Positions 38,524 through 47,246 of a stretch of DNA of 64,000 nt are shown here, piece by piece; positions within the stretch are counted from its first letter, which is position 1, and every line of letters starts with the position of its first letter. A program made the position numbers and the translations under genes. The stretch covers positions 1-64,000 of the forward strand of contig JASFQK010000006.1 of the NCBI GenBank assembly GCA_050115495.1, read 5' to 3'. Under the pieces are notes generated by a model that worked only from the letters and a program-made list of their open reading frames with translations, was not told the origin of the DNA and made no database searches. This stretch comes from Phycisphaerae bacterium (GTDB lineage: Bacteria; Planctomycetota; Phycisphaerae; UBA1845; Fen-1342).

Positions 38524-40305
38524 ATGAGACGCTATTCGCTGTGCATGGTGGTGGTGTTGAGCGTCGCCCTGGTTCCGTGGGCGACGGCCCAGGGACCGAA
38601 GGCCGTTTCCGATCCGGCGGAGTGGGTGCCGAGCGACGCCCTGGCCTACGTCGGCATCACCGACGTCGCGGCCGTCTGGTCCGACCTGAAGAAGACGACC
38701 AGTTTCGCAAAGGCCGAGGACGAGGAGCTGAAGGAGGCGGCCGCCAGTGGGTTTGACTTCACCGCGGTGGGCCTCAAGTTCAAGAAACGCCTCGCCGAGA
38801 TGCTGGACACCGATGCGGACCAACTGGACAACCCCTTCGCCGGCCCGCTGGCGTTTTATTTCACCGCTCCATCGGGCGCGGCCACGGAGGATGCCGTGGC
38901 GGTGCTGATCGCCACGGGGTCCGAGGGCCCGCTGCTGCGCCAATACTTCGACACGGCAATCAGCAAGCTGAAGGACGCGGCGAACGAGTACGAGGAGCAG
39001 GAAGCCGCCGGCGTGACGCTGCACGTCTTCACCTCCGAAGAGGGCGACGAGTCGACTGGCGACGAAATGGACTTCGAGAGCTTCGAGGATGAGTCGGGGA
39101 TCGAGGCGGCGATGGACAGGCTGTTCTCGACGCGTACGCTGCCGCCGAAGCTGGTGGCTGCCCTGGCCGACAATCATCTCATCATCAGCGAGTCGGTCGA
39201 GGGCGCCCGCACGGCCCTGACGCCGCGGGACAAGTCGGCCAGCCTCGCTGCGACGGATGACCACCGCGCCCTGCTCCAGGAGCTCAAGCCGACGGGCGAC
39301 GTGCGGCTGCTGATCAACGTGCCACGCCTCATCGAGATGGCCAAGGCTGAGGCCGGGGAGGATGAGGACTTCCGCAGCACGATGACGGTCCTCGGGGCGG
39401 GCAGCCTGCGTAGCGCGGTGGGCCATCTGCGTCTGGGCACCAAGTCATACGACTACAAAGGCGAAATGCTCTTCCTGATGGGCAGCCAGCGCACCGGCCT
39501 GGCCAAGCTGCTGAGCATGGAGAACCACCCGGTCGAGCCGCCGGCCAACGTCCCCGATCACTCCTCCTTCTATGCGAGCCTCAACATCGATCCGTCGGTG
39601 TTGTTCGACGAAGTCCTGCGGCTGATCACCCTCGTGGACCCGGACGCCGCCCAGGGGATTCGGGCCCAGGCCGAGGCCGTACCGATGCCGGACGGCACCA
39701 TGGTGAACGTACCGGTCGAAGTGCTGAGCCACCTGTCCGGGCCGCTGACCTTTGCTTTCGGTTTCACGAAGCCGTACGGCCCGGGCTCGCTGCGTTTTCT
39801 GGCCGCCCTGTCGCACAGCGATCGCGACGCCCTGATGCGCTTCTTCGGTCACGTACCGGAACTGACCCCGCGCGAATATCAGGGCGCCCAGGTCTTCGAC
39901 GCCCCCACCGGCGCCGGTCAGTTGGCGATCAGCAGCAACCGCGTGTTCCTCGGTACGCCGCCCGCCGTCGAGGCCACGCTGACCAACGACGAGTCTGCGC
40001 CGCTGCTGAACGACCCGGCCTTCAAGCGTGCCCTGCGCCTGGTCCCCAAGGAGGCCTGGCTCGCGCTCTACGTCGACGAGCACAAGCTCCTCGAAGCGAT
40101 GATGGAGCTCAGCAGGAAGGGCCCCGAACTGGCGGGTGACCCGAACCTGATGGGCATGATGTTCACCCTGGCCATGTTCGGTCTCGACTTCTCCGAGATG
40201 CCGGCCAAAACGCTGGACTACGCGGGGCAGATGATGATCACGGTCGCCACGACCAACGAGGGCGTACAGGTGACCATGGTCGCCCTGAAACCCGGCAAGG
40301 AATAG
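38524..40305 (+). CDS. Secreted hypothetical protein (DUF3352-like)
   Basis: Signal peptide then PAEWVPSDALAYV; long acidic ORF. Confidence 0.65.
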   Translation: MRRYSLCMVVVLSVALVPWATAQGPKAVSDPAEWVPSDALAYVGITDVAAVWSDLKKTTSFAKAEDEELKEAAASGFDFTAVGLKFKKRLAEMLDTDADQLDNPFAGPLAFYFTAPSGAATEDAVAVLIATGSEGPLLRQYFDTAISKLKDAANEYEEQEAAGVTLHVFTSEEGDESTGDEMDFESFEDESGIEAAMDRLFSTRTLPPKLVAALADNHLIISESVEGARTALTPRDKSASLAATDDHRALLQELKPTGDVRLLINVPRLIEMAKAEAGEDEDFRSTMTVLGAGSLRSAVGHLRLGTKSYDYKGEMLFLMGSQRTGLAKLLSMENHPVEPPANVPDHSSFYASLNIDPSVLFDEVLRLITLVDPDAAQGIRAQAEAVPMPDGTMVNVPVEVLSHLSGPLTFAFGFTKPYGPGSLRFLAALSHSDRDALMRFFGHVPELTPREYQGAQVFDAPTGAGQLAISSNRVFLGTPPAVEATLTNDESAPLLNDPAFKRALRLVPKEAWLALYVDEHKLLEAMMELSRKGPELAGDPNLMGMMFTLAMFGLDFSEMPAKTLDYAGQMMITVATTNEGVQVTMVALKPGKE

Positions 40306-40334
40306 TCGGAAATCGCCCGCGCCGCCGAGCGGAC

Positions 40335-41615
40335 TCAGCGTACGTCCCCGGTGGCGCTGGGCTCGCGAACGCGGCGCAGGCCAGCCTGGATGAACGCGTC
40401 CATCGACGAAATCGTCGCCTGGCTGGCCAAACGAATCATGTAATCGGCCGACAGCTTCGCGAACTTCTGCTCGATCAGCGCTTCGCGAATCTGCTCCTGC
40501 ACGTCGGCGAAGGACACCTCCTTCGCCGGCGTGATGTGGCCGCACTGCACGATGTACCAGCCCTGCTCCGTCTCCAGCGGCTCGCTGTGCGCCCCCTCGG
40601 CCAGCTCGAACACCAGCGCACTGGGCCGGTCGTACGGCGCTTGCAGCGGCCGGCCGATCTCACCCCACAAACCGCCCTGGGCCGCGTGCACGCCGCGGGA
40701 CATCTCGCGGGCCACCTCGTCGAAGGGACGGTCGGCCAGCGCCGCCTGGGCAGCATCGATGTGCCGCTTGGCCCGCAGGCGGGCCTGCGCCCGGGCGCTG
40801 TCCGAGGCCTGGTCCCAGGTCAGCCCCTCGGGCAAAAACGCCACAAACGGGGCCTCAATCATCAGCAATGTGCGGACCTCCGCCGACGAATACTGCTCGC
40901 GCCGCTGCTGGAACTCCCGCCAGAGCTCATCCCGCCGGACGAATACCTGGGGCAGCAGCTTCTCGCGGGTGTACTGGCGGGCGACCATCTCGCGTTCGAG
41001 CAGCTTGCGGTATTGCTCGACCGTCAGGCCATTCTGGGCGAGGTGGTGCTCGAAACGAGCCTGGCTGTCGCCGAATTCACGGCTGATCCGCCTCTGAATC
41101 TCGCGTTCGACGGCGTCGTCGACCATGGCCCGCTGCGGTTCGGAAAGGCCGGCCATCGCCTCGCGGTAAATGAGGATGGCACCAATGGCCTGCTGCACGT
41201 GGATCTCGAGCGTCCGGCGGACGACGTTGACGAAACCCTCGGCGGTCTGCGTTCGGCGGGCCTCCTCGATTTCCGCCTGAAGCGGGTATAGGACGTCGGG
41301 AAGCGTCAGCACCTCATCGTCAACCAGCAGAATGTCACCCTCAATCGCTCCCGGACCGGGGCGAATCGCCGGCGGAATCCGCAGCCGTTGCGGCGCCGGG
41401 CCTTCGGCAGCCAGTCGGGACGGGGCCGACGTGGGCACAACCTCTCCTTCGTGAATGCGGACGTTCCGCTCGGCGGAGAGCTCGGCCTGGGACTTGATCG
41501 TCGGCCGACGAGCCTCGGGCGGTGGCGCCGCTTCCCCGCCGCCACGGTGACACGCCGGCAGCAGACAGCAGACCACGAGACAGGGCCACAGGCGGGAAAT
41601 TCGATGGGATTTCAT
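40335..41615 (-). CDS. SurA/PpiC-type peptidyl-prolyl isomerase lipoprotein
   Basis: Lipobox LPAC; FDEVAREMS, GGLWG and SEPLETEQGWYIV motifs. Confidence 0.85.
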   Translation of the reverse strand: MKSHRISRLWPCLVVCCLLPACHRGGGEAAPPPEARRPTIKSQAELSAERNVRIHEGEVVPTSAPSRLAAEGPAPQRLRIPPAIRPGPGAIEGDILLVDDEVLTLPDVLYPLQAEIEEARRTQTAEGFVNVVRRTLEIHVQQAIGAILIYREAMAGLSEPQRAMVDDAVEREIQRRISREFGDSQARFEHHLAQNGLTVEQYRKLLEREMVARQYTREKLLPQVFVRRDELWREFQQRREQYSSAEVRTLLMIEAPFVAFLPEGLTWDQASDSARAQARLRAKRHIDAAQAALADRPFDEVAREMSRGVHAAQGGLWGEIGRPLQAPYDRPSALVFELAEGAHSEPLETEQGWYIVQCGHITPAKEVSFADVQEQIREALIEQKFAKLSADYMIRLASQATISSMDAFIQAGLRRVREPSATGDVR

Positions 41616-41687
41616 GCGCCCACTATACTGCGGGGGTCGGCCCCGCCCAAGTCCGGCGGTTCGAAACGCTTTCCGGCTCAGGATCCC

Positions 41688-41716
41688 TTGACGCTTTCCG
41701 CGAGCCGGCCTACCTT
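41688..41716 (+). promoter_or_regulatory. sigma70 promoter for the tRNA pair
   Basis: TTGACG-17-TACCTT 35 nt upstream of tRNA-Leu. Confidence 0.65.
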
Positions 41717-41751
41717 GGGTGGCTGTGCTGTGGGCCTCGGCCCATCAGGCT

Positions 41752-41837
41752 GCCCGGATGGCGGAATTGGCAGACGCGCCAGGTTGAGGGCCTGGTGAGG
41801 GTTATACCTCGTGCTGGTTCGAATCCAGTTCCGGGCA
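41752..41837 (+). tRNA. tRNA-Leu(GAG)
   Basis: Cloverleaf with CCAGG-TT-GAG-GG-CCTGG anticodon arm, long variable arm and GGTTCGAATCC; CCA not encoded. Confidence 0.95.
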
Positions 41838-41896
41838 TTGCCGACCGTCACGCCCGCTGACTTCGGCCGGCGGCGGACGCCGGCTGCCGTCCTTGA

Positions 41897-41970
41897 GCGC
41901 CGCTAGCTCAACTGGATAGAGCATTGGTCTACGGAACCAAAGGTTGCAGGTTCGAATCCTGCGCGGCGCG
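41897..41970 (+). tRNA. tRNA-Arg(ACG)
   Basis: GCGCCGC/GCGGCGC acceptor stem, TTGGT-CT-ACG-GA-ACCAA anticodon arm, GGTTCGAATCC. Confidence 0.95.
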
Positions 41971-42031
41971 TTTTCCCCCCTTCCAACTTCCCCGGTCGAT
42001 CGGGCGGTTCGCCTGGCGCCGGTCCGTGCCC

Positions 42032-42370
42032 CTACTTGTGCGGATAGTCTGGCGGGTATGAGATGATTTCGAGGTGATGGCCGCCCGGCGCCGCGAGGTA
42101 GAAGCCCCGCGAGCCGTCGCGATGCCCCTTGATCTCGCCGCCCAGCCGGCCGGCCAGCTCTTCGAGCTCCGCGGCACCCACCCGCCACGCCACGTGGTTG
42201 GGATGATCGCCCTGGCGAACGAAGGCCAGCTTCGCGCCCGGGCCGGCCAGCAGCGCCCAACTCTCGTCCTGATACAGCACTTCGCAACCGGGCAACGTCT
42301 GCGTGTACCAGCGCACGGCCGCGGCCACGTCCGGCACCTGCTGGGCGATGTGATCGAAGGTGAGCGACAT
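42032..42370 (-). CDS. VOC/glyoxalase family protein
   Basis: FDHIAQQV, HVAW and PGGHHLE motifs. Confidence 0.85.
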   Translation of the reverse strand: MSLTFDHIAQQVPDVAAAVRWYTQTLPGCEVLYQDESWALLAGPGAKLAFVRQGDHPNHVAWRVGAAELEELAGRLGGEIKGHRDGSRGFYLAAPGGHHLEIISYPPDYPHK

Positions 42371-42411
42371 CGGCAACCTGCTGCCCCCGAACCGTACGGC
42401 CATCGGCAGCG

Positions 42412-42885
42412 TCAGCGTTTGCTGCGACGCGACGTCTTGCCGCTGCGCCCCTTCGCCTTGTTCGTAAACGCACAGAGCGGACCGGCGTCGTCGGTGTCTT
42501 CAATGAGCGACGCCAGCGTGCACTTGGAAAAGCGCTTCTGCACGGCGGCGATGGCCTCGTCCAGTTCGCGATGCAGCGCGCAAAGACGATCGCCGTGCGC
42601 CTCGAAGCCAAGCGGGCACTTCGTGATGCGGTTGATCGGATCGACCGCCTGCACGACGTCCCACATGCTCATCTCGTTGGCCGGTCGCGCCAGGGTGAAT
42701 CCGCCGCCTAGCCCGCGCTGCGAATGCAGCAGCCCCGCCCGGCTCAATCCCTGCAACACCTTGGCCAGATAACCCGCCGGCACACGCGTGCAGTCGGCGA
42801 TCTGTTGTGCCGTCAGTGGCCGATCCGGCTGACTGGCGAGCCATACGACGGCGCGGAGCGCATACTCGGTCGTCTGACTAATCAC
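42412..42885 (-). CDS. Rrf2 family transcriptional regulator
   Basis: SQTTEYALRA, YLAKVL, SQRGLGGGF and CPLG...LCALH motifs; GTG start after GGAGG. Confidence 0.92.
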   Translation of the reverse strand: MISQTTEYALRAVVWLASQPDRPLTAQQIADCTRVPAGYLAKVLQGLSRAGLLHSQRGLGGGFTLARPANEMSMWDVVQAVDPINRITKCPLGFEAHGDRLCALHRELDEAIAAVQKRFSKCTLASLIEDTDDAGPLCAFTNKAKGRSGKTSRRSKR

Positions 42886-42947
42886 GGTCCTGCCTCCAAG
42901 GGATATGAAGCCCTGCAAGTACAACAATACCCGACGTGCTGCCGCGG

Positions 42948-43637
42948 TCAAGCCGCGCCGCTGCGCTTCTCCTCCGGACCACCTGCACTCGTAGCGGCTG
43001 GCCGGTATTCCTCCCCGCGCCGCAGCCGACGGATGTTACCGCGGTGTCGCACGACGATCAGCAGGCCCAACAGAATCGCCACAACTTCCAACGGCCAGAA
43101 AACCGACAAGGCGCGTCCGGTGTACCAGAGTTGCCCGTACACGGCCAACGGGAAGACGAGCGCAATGGTCAGTGATCCGAGGGACACCAGTCCAGTCGTG
43201 AAGCGCACGGCGGCGTACGCAGCCACGGCCATGAAGATTGACACCGTAAACACCGGATACACACCGAGCGCCACGCCAATCGTCGTGGCTACACCTTTCC
43301 CGCCGCGAAAGCCCAGGTACACCGGGAAGACGTGACCGGCCACCGCCGCCACGGCGACGAGCAGCCAACAGAGCAATGCCCCCGTCGCCGGCTCAGGTCC
43401 AATAAGTACCGCCCGCGCGGCGAGCGTCGGCAGCATGCCCTTGAGAATATCCAACACCAGGCAGAGCTTGCCCCACCCACCGCCGAGCACGCGACCAACG
43501 TTCGTCGCCCCGATGTTCCGGCTGCCCTGCTGCCGAACGTCAACACCGCGGGCCAAGCCGATCAACAGACCGAAGGGCACCGCCCCGATGAGGTAAGCGC
43601 CGACCACCAGGCCGCCGGTGACCCCGAGGTCAATCAC
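42948..43637 (-). CDS. plsY: Glycerol-3-phosphate acyltransferase
   Basis: GSRNIGATN, GHVFP, FRGGKGVAT and RHRGNI motifs. Confidence 0.95.
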   Translation of the reverse strand: MIDLGVTGGLVVGAYLIGAVPFGLLIGLARGVDVRQQGSRNIGATNVGRVLGGGWGKLCLVLDILKGMLPTLAARAVLIGPEPATGALLCWLLVAVAAVAGHVFPVYLGFRGGKGVATTIGVALGVYPVFTVSIFMAVAAYAAVRFTTGLVSLGSLTIALVFPLAVYGQLWYTGRALSVFWPLEVVAILLGLLIVVRHRGNIRRLRRGEEYRPAATSAGGPEEKRSGAA

Positions 43638-43857
43638 CGTCAGTTCCCCTGTCCTCGCGCCTCAGCCGCAGCCACGTCGGGCGCAGGCGGTCACGCAGCC
43701 ATTCGCTCCAGCGCACGCCCATACCCCGCGTCTGCTGGCGATAGAGATGTCGTCGCACATCTTCCGGCCGAACACGCGGCCGCCGGAAGCTCGCCCACCA
43801 GGTTCCCCAGCTCCACAGCCATCGCCACGCCGCCAATCGCACGCCAAGCCCTTTCAT
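43630..43857 (-). CDS. Small Trp/Arg-rich hypothetical protein (75 aa)
   Basis: ATG overlaps the upstream stop (TGATG) and the stop overlaps the plsY start; fills the gap exactly. Confidence 0.6.
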   Translation of the reverse strand: MKGLGVRLAAWRWLWSWGTWWASFRRPRVRPEDVRRHLYRQQTRGMGVRWSEWLRDRLRPTWLRLRREDRGTDGD

Positions 43858-44450
43858 CAGCGCTGCACGGCCACGCGAACGCTGGCCAGCACCTGCTCCG
43901 GCGTTCGCGACGTAACGGTGCCGCTGCCCCAAAGCTGCTCACGTTCAACGACCTGTTTCGGCTCGGCGTAGTAGTCCGAGACGTGGCTGGGGCCACCCTC
44001 GACCAATTCGCCGCCGGCGTAGTCAACAGCCAGCAGCCACCGCCCCATGGCCGACTCGTACTCCGCCGGATAGATCAGGGCGATGACGAACGCGGCCGTT
44101 TCACTGGCCGGTCGGCGGTCGGCCAGTTGCACGACGGCCCGGCACGGCGGCGGCGTACGCTCGGCCGCCGTTCGCAGGGCGGCGAAGTCGGCACGGGCCG
44201 TCGGCAAGTCGCGGCGGTAGAAGAACATGCCGCTCTCGGCCTGGAAGCGTTCCGGGGCGACGCCGCGCAGCTCGAGGCCGCCGTCCGGACTGGCCCGGTG
44301 AATCTCGTACACGTGCCCGCCGCGGTACGCCTCACTCTCCAGCAGGACAGCAATCTCTTCGGCGGTGTAGCCGACCGCGGCCCACTCGCCGAAGTCATAG
44401 ACATAGAGCCCGCGCAAACGTTCGGGGTTGTCGATCGGCGGCAGCTTCAT
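43857..44450 (-). CDS. Hypothetical protein
   Basis: GLYVYDFGEWAAVGYTAEE...; protein-like composition, coupled to downstream genes. Confidence 0.75.
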   Translation of the reverse strand: MKLPPIDNPERLRGLYVYDFGEWAAVGYTAEEIAVLLESEAYRGGHVYEIHRASPDGGLELRGVAPERFQAESGMFFYRRDLPTARADFAALRTAAERTPPPCRAVVQLADRRPASETAAFVIALIYPAEYESAMGRWLLAVDYAGGELVEGGPSHVSDYYAEPKQVVEREQLWGSGTVTSRTPEQVLASVRVAVQR

Positions 44451-44555
44451 GCGCATGCACTCCAGCAGACGGTGCCCGGCCCGGAGCGTAAGCCCCTCAG
44501 CCGGCACAGGTTGTCTATGGTAACCGGCGTTCCGCCCCGAGCCCATGGCGGGCGC

Positions 44556-44604
44556 AAAAAAGCGGGCGAGTCGAGCGTGGGCGTGGGCGGGACTCGACTC
44601 ACCC
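44556..44604 (-). terminator. Intrinsic terminator downstream of the nrdR operon
   Basis: Stem gggtgagtcgag/ctcgactcgccc followed by gc-T6 on the minus strand. Confidence 0.7.
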
Positions 44605-44806
44605 TTCATCAGGGGAACGGAGGTTTGGATAAGAGACGGGCTCGCAGCGGCGTCACCGTTCGGTCGCTGTTCGCGCCCAGGCGGCTTCGCACGCCTTCCT
44701 GTGGCACACTACGAACCCATTTCCCTCATGGCTGCGTCGCTAGTCCGGGCGGTTCCGCTAGCCGTGGCGAGTGCTATCCAGCCGCCCGGCCCACGCAACG
44801 CAGCGC

Positions 44807-45409
44807 CTATTTCTCCTCTTCCAGTGGGCCGCTCAGCAGCGGTCCTTCACAAGCCTCGTCGCCCCAGGGACCGGCGCCGACCGCGTCGGGCAAGCCCCAA
44901 GCCAGTACTTCGTTCCGCATCAACTCGGCCAGCAACGTGCGCGATACCGAGCGGTAATCCAGGCCAAAGACCCGGTCCTCAATCTTGGCGGCCAGATACC
45001 GCGCCACCGGCTGCCGCAGGCCGTAACGGCCTCGCAACGTGTCGACCAGCGCACCTTTGCGCCAGCGGACCGGCTTGCGGTCGGGCTCAGCGGGGTCGAA
45101 CACCCGCAGTCGCCGACGCCGCGCCTCGCGTTGCCGCCGGTGCCGGGCCAGCACCTCGGCCGCGTCGACCAAGCCCGTCTGGACCAAAGCCGTATTCACG
45201 CAGCGGTAGACGTAGTTCGTCGTCAACCGCTCCGGCTCGCCCGAGTGCCGTACGTGCGACGCCAAAGCCCGGGCGAGCGGCTCGGCCAGATGCGTTTCGT
45301 TGCCGGCGATGCGTAGCACGCGCCGCAGACAGCTCTGCAACTTCGAGACGCTCAGGCACTCCTTCGTGCCGTCTCGCTTGGTCACTACGACGCGCTGCGC
45401 TTCGCTCAC
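44807..45409 (-). CDS. Stand-alone ATP-cone-like protein
   Basis: N-terminal VVTKRDGTKE...SKL matches the ATP-cone signature; 4-nt overlap with the nrdR stop. Confidence 0.75.
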   Translation of the reverse strand: MSEAQRVVVTKRDGTKECLSVSKLQSCLRRVLRIAGNETHLAEPLARALASHVRHSGEPERLTTNYVYRCVNTALVQTGLVDAAEVLARHRRQREARRRRLRVFDPAEPDRKPVRWRKGALVDTLRGRYGLRQPVARYLAAKIEDRVFGLDYRSVSRTLLAELMRNEVLAWGLPDAVGAGPWGDEACEGPLLSGPLEEEK

Positions 45410-45915
45410 GATTCGGCAGGCCCTTCGAAGAGATTCTGTTGCCCGGGGATGTCGCCGGCCGCGCGCTCGATGACGTCCTGGGCTTCTTCGATGAACTCTC
45501 CCACGTCCTCAAACTGCCGATAGACACTGGCGAAGCGTACGTAGGCCACTTGATCCACTCGCCGCAGCACCGCCGCCACTCGTTCGCCTATCGTCGAACT
45601 GGAGACCTCCTTCTCGAAGCGCCCGACTACGTACTCCTCGACCTCGTCCACAATCTGATCCACTCGCTCGGACGAGATCCGTCGCTTGTACGCGGCCCTC
45701 CGAATGGCCTCCGCAATCTTCTCCCGATCGTACGGCACGCGCGTTCCATCGCGCTTGATGACCGAGAGACGTATGGCTTCCTCGATCCGCTCGTACGTCG
45801 TGTAGCGTCGCCCGCACGCCAGACACTCGCGCCGTCGCCGGATCGACTGCCCGGCCTCTGTCGAGCGTGAGTCTACGACCTTGTCGTCGTCAGCCTTGCA
45901 GTACGGACACCGCAT
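45406..45915 (-). CDS. nrdR: Transcriptional repressor NrdR
   Basis: MRCPYC, VVDSR, RRRREC, VIKRDG and AYVRFASVY motifs. Confidence 0.97.
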   Translation of the reverse strand: MRCPYCKADDDKVVDSRSTEAGQSIRRRRECLACGRRYTTYERIEEAIRLSVIKRDGTRVPYDREKIAEAIRRAAYKRRISSERVDQIVDEVEEYVVGRFEKEVSSSTIGERVAAVLRRVDQVAYVRFASVYRQFEDVGEFIEEAQDVIERAAGDIPGQQNLFEGPAES

Positions 45916-46034
45916 CGGGCCTGGCTTTCCAACACGTCACCTGCGCCGTCGGCAGGATCCTCGCCTCTGCCCGTCGCGAGGCTGACCTTCAACCACCTGC
46001 CGACCGTCTCCTCCTCACGACACGACGCTACTAA

Positions 46035-46087
46035 CCACCATTTATTGTTATCGAACGTAGTGTACAGCACAAGATAATGGGTGTCAA
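46035..46087 (-). promoter_or_regulatory. nrdR promoter with two tandem NrdR boxes
   Basis: TTGACA-17-TACACT (46087-46059); boxes ccaccatttattgtta (46035-46050) and gcacaagataatgggt (46067-46082), 32 bp apart, resemble acaCwAtATaTwGtgt. Confidence 0.75.
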
Positions 46088-46148
46088 CCAGTTTCAAACG
46101 ATTCGGGCGACACTTTCGCCCCGTCTGGCCCCTGTGTATAAACCCGAC

Positions 46149-47069
46149 ATGCCGCTGCGACTTGCCGAATTCCAACACGAAAACATCCGCGTCGTCGGCT
46201 TCTCCCTGGCCGGCGAGGAGTCCTTCTTCGTCCTGCCCGAGCTGAATCTGGCGTTCGACGTCGGCCGGGCGCAACGCCAATTGCTCTCGGTCGATCACGT
46301 CTTCCTGACGCACGGCCACATGGACCACGCCGCCGGCATCGCCTATTACTTCTCGCAGCGAATGTTCATCGACAACCAGCCGGGGCACCTGTACGCCCCG
46401 GAGCCGCTGGTCGAGCCGATCCGCCGACTGCTCCGCCTATGGGCCGACATCGACGGGCACGAGCCGCCCAGCAACGTCCATCCCGCGGTGGCCGGCACCG
46501 ACATCGCCCTGCGCCGCGACCTCGTCGTGCGGCCCTTCGAGGTCAACCACCCCTGCCGCCGAAGCAACCGCACGATCGTGCGCAGCCTGGGCTATGCGGC
46601 GATCGAGGTCCGGCAGAAGCTTCTGCCCGAGTACCAGGAGCTGACCGGTCCGCAGCTCGTGCTGCTCAAGCAGCAGGGCACGGCCATCACGCGCCGGGTC
46701 GAGCTACCCCAGGTGGCCTATTGCGGGGACACGGCCCCGGGCGACTTCTTCGACCTGCCGTGCGTTCGCGACGCCAAGGTGCTGCTGCTGGAATGCACGT
46801 TCGTCGAGCCCGACCACCGCGACCGAGCCCGCGCCGGCTGCCACATTCACATATCGCAACTGCGCGACATCATCCCGCGGCTGAACAGCGAGCGGATCGT
46901 GCTCACCCACCTGTCGCGGCGAACGTCCCTGGCCGACGCCCGGGCGATGTTGCGGCGTGAGCTCGGCGAGCTCTACACCGACCGCATCACGTTCCTGATG
47001 GAGCACCGCCGCCGACACCGCCGCGGCCGGCCAGAAGGCAACGCGTCCGCCCCGCCGACCGAAGCCTGA
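46149..47069 (+). CDS. MBL-fold metallo-hydrolase, RNase Z-like
   Basis: THGHMDH, CGDT, ECTF and THLSRR motifs. Confidence 0.85.
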   Translation: MPLRLAEFQHENIRVVGFSLAGEESFFVLPELNLAFDVGRAQRQLLSVDHVFLTHGHMDHAAGIAYYFSQRMFIDNQPGHLYAPEPLVEPIRRLLRLWADIDGHEPPSNVHPAVAGTDIALRRDLVVRPFEVNHPCRRSNRTIVRSLGYAAIEVRQKLLPEYQELTGPQLVLLKQQGTAITRRVELPQVAYCGDTAPGDFFDLPCVRDAKVLLLECTFVEPDHRDRARAGCHIHISQLRDIIPRLNSERIVLTHLSRRTSLADARAMLRRELGELYTDRITFLMEHRRRHRRGRPEGNASAPPTEA

Positions 47070-47090
47070 CGAAGCCGCAGCGCCGTCTGT

Positions 47091-47240
47091 CCGAGCCGCG
47101 ACCGGCAGGGAGGGGTTGACGCAAACAGCAACCGTATGCGCAGACCACCCACTCGCTACCGCTCGGGGCACGGATTCTCCGCTCCAGGCGAGGATTCAAC
47201 GCTCCAGGCGAGGATTCACCGCTCGAGGCGCGGATTGACG
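47091..47240. repeat. Inverted REP-like pair followed by four tandem 20-bp units
   Basis: 47091-47115 and 47149-47173 are inverted; units of the gctccaggcgaggattcaac type start at 47161, 47181, 47201 and 47221. Confidence 0.75.
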
Positions 47241-47246
47241 CGGCGT

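Noticed and set aside
41752..42030. tRNA-targeted genomic island or prophage
   Set aside because: No integrase, no duplicated tRNA 3' end and no phage genes seen in the window
47161..47240. Possible CRISPR array
   Set aside because: Contiguous 20-bp units with no spacers and no cas genes
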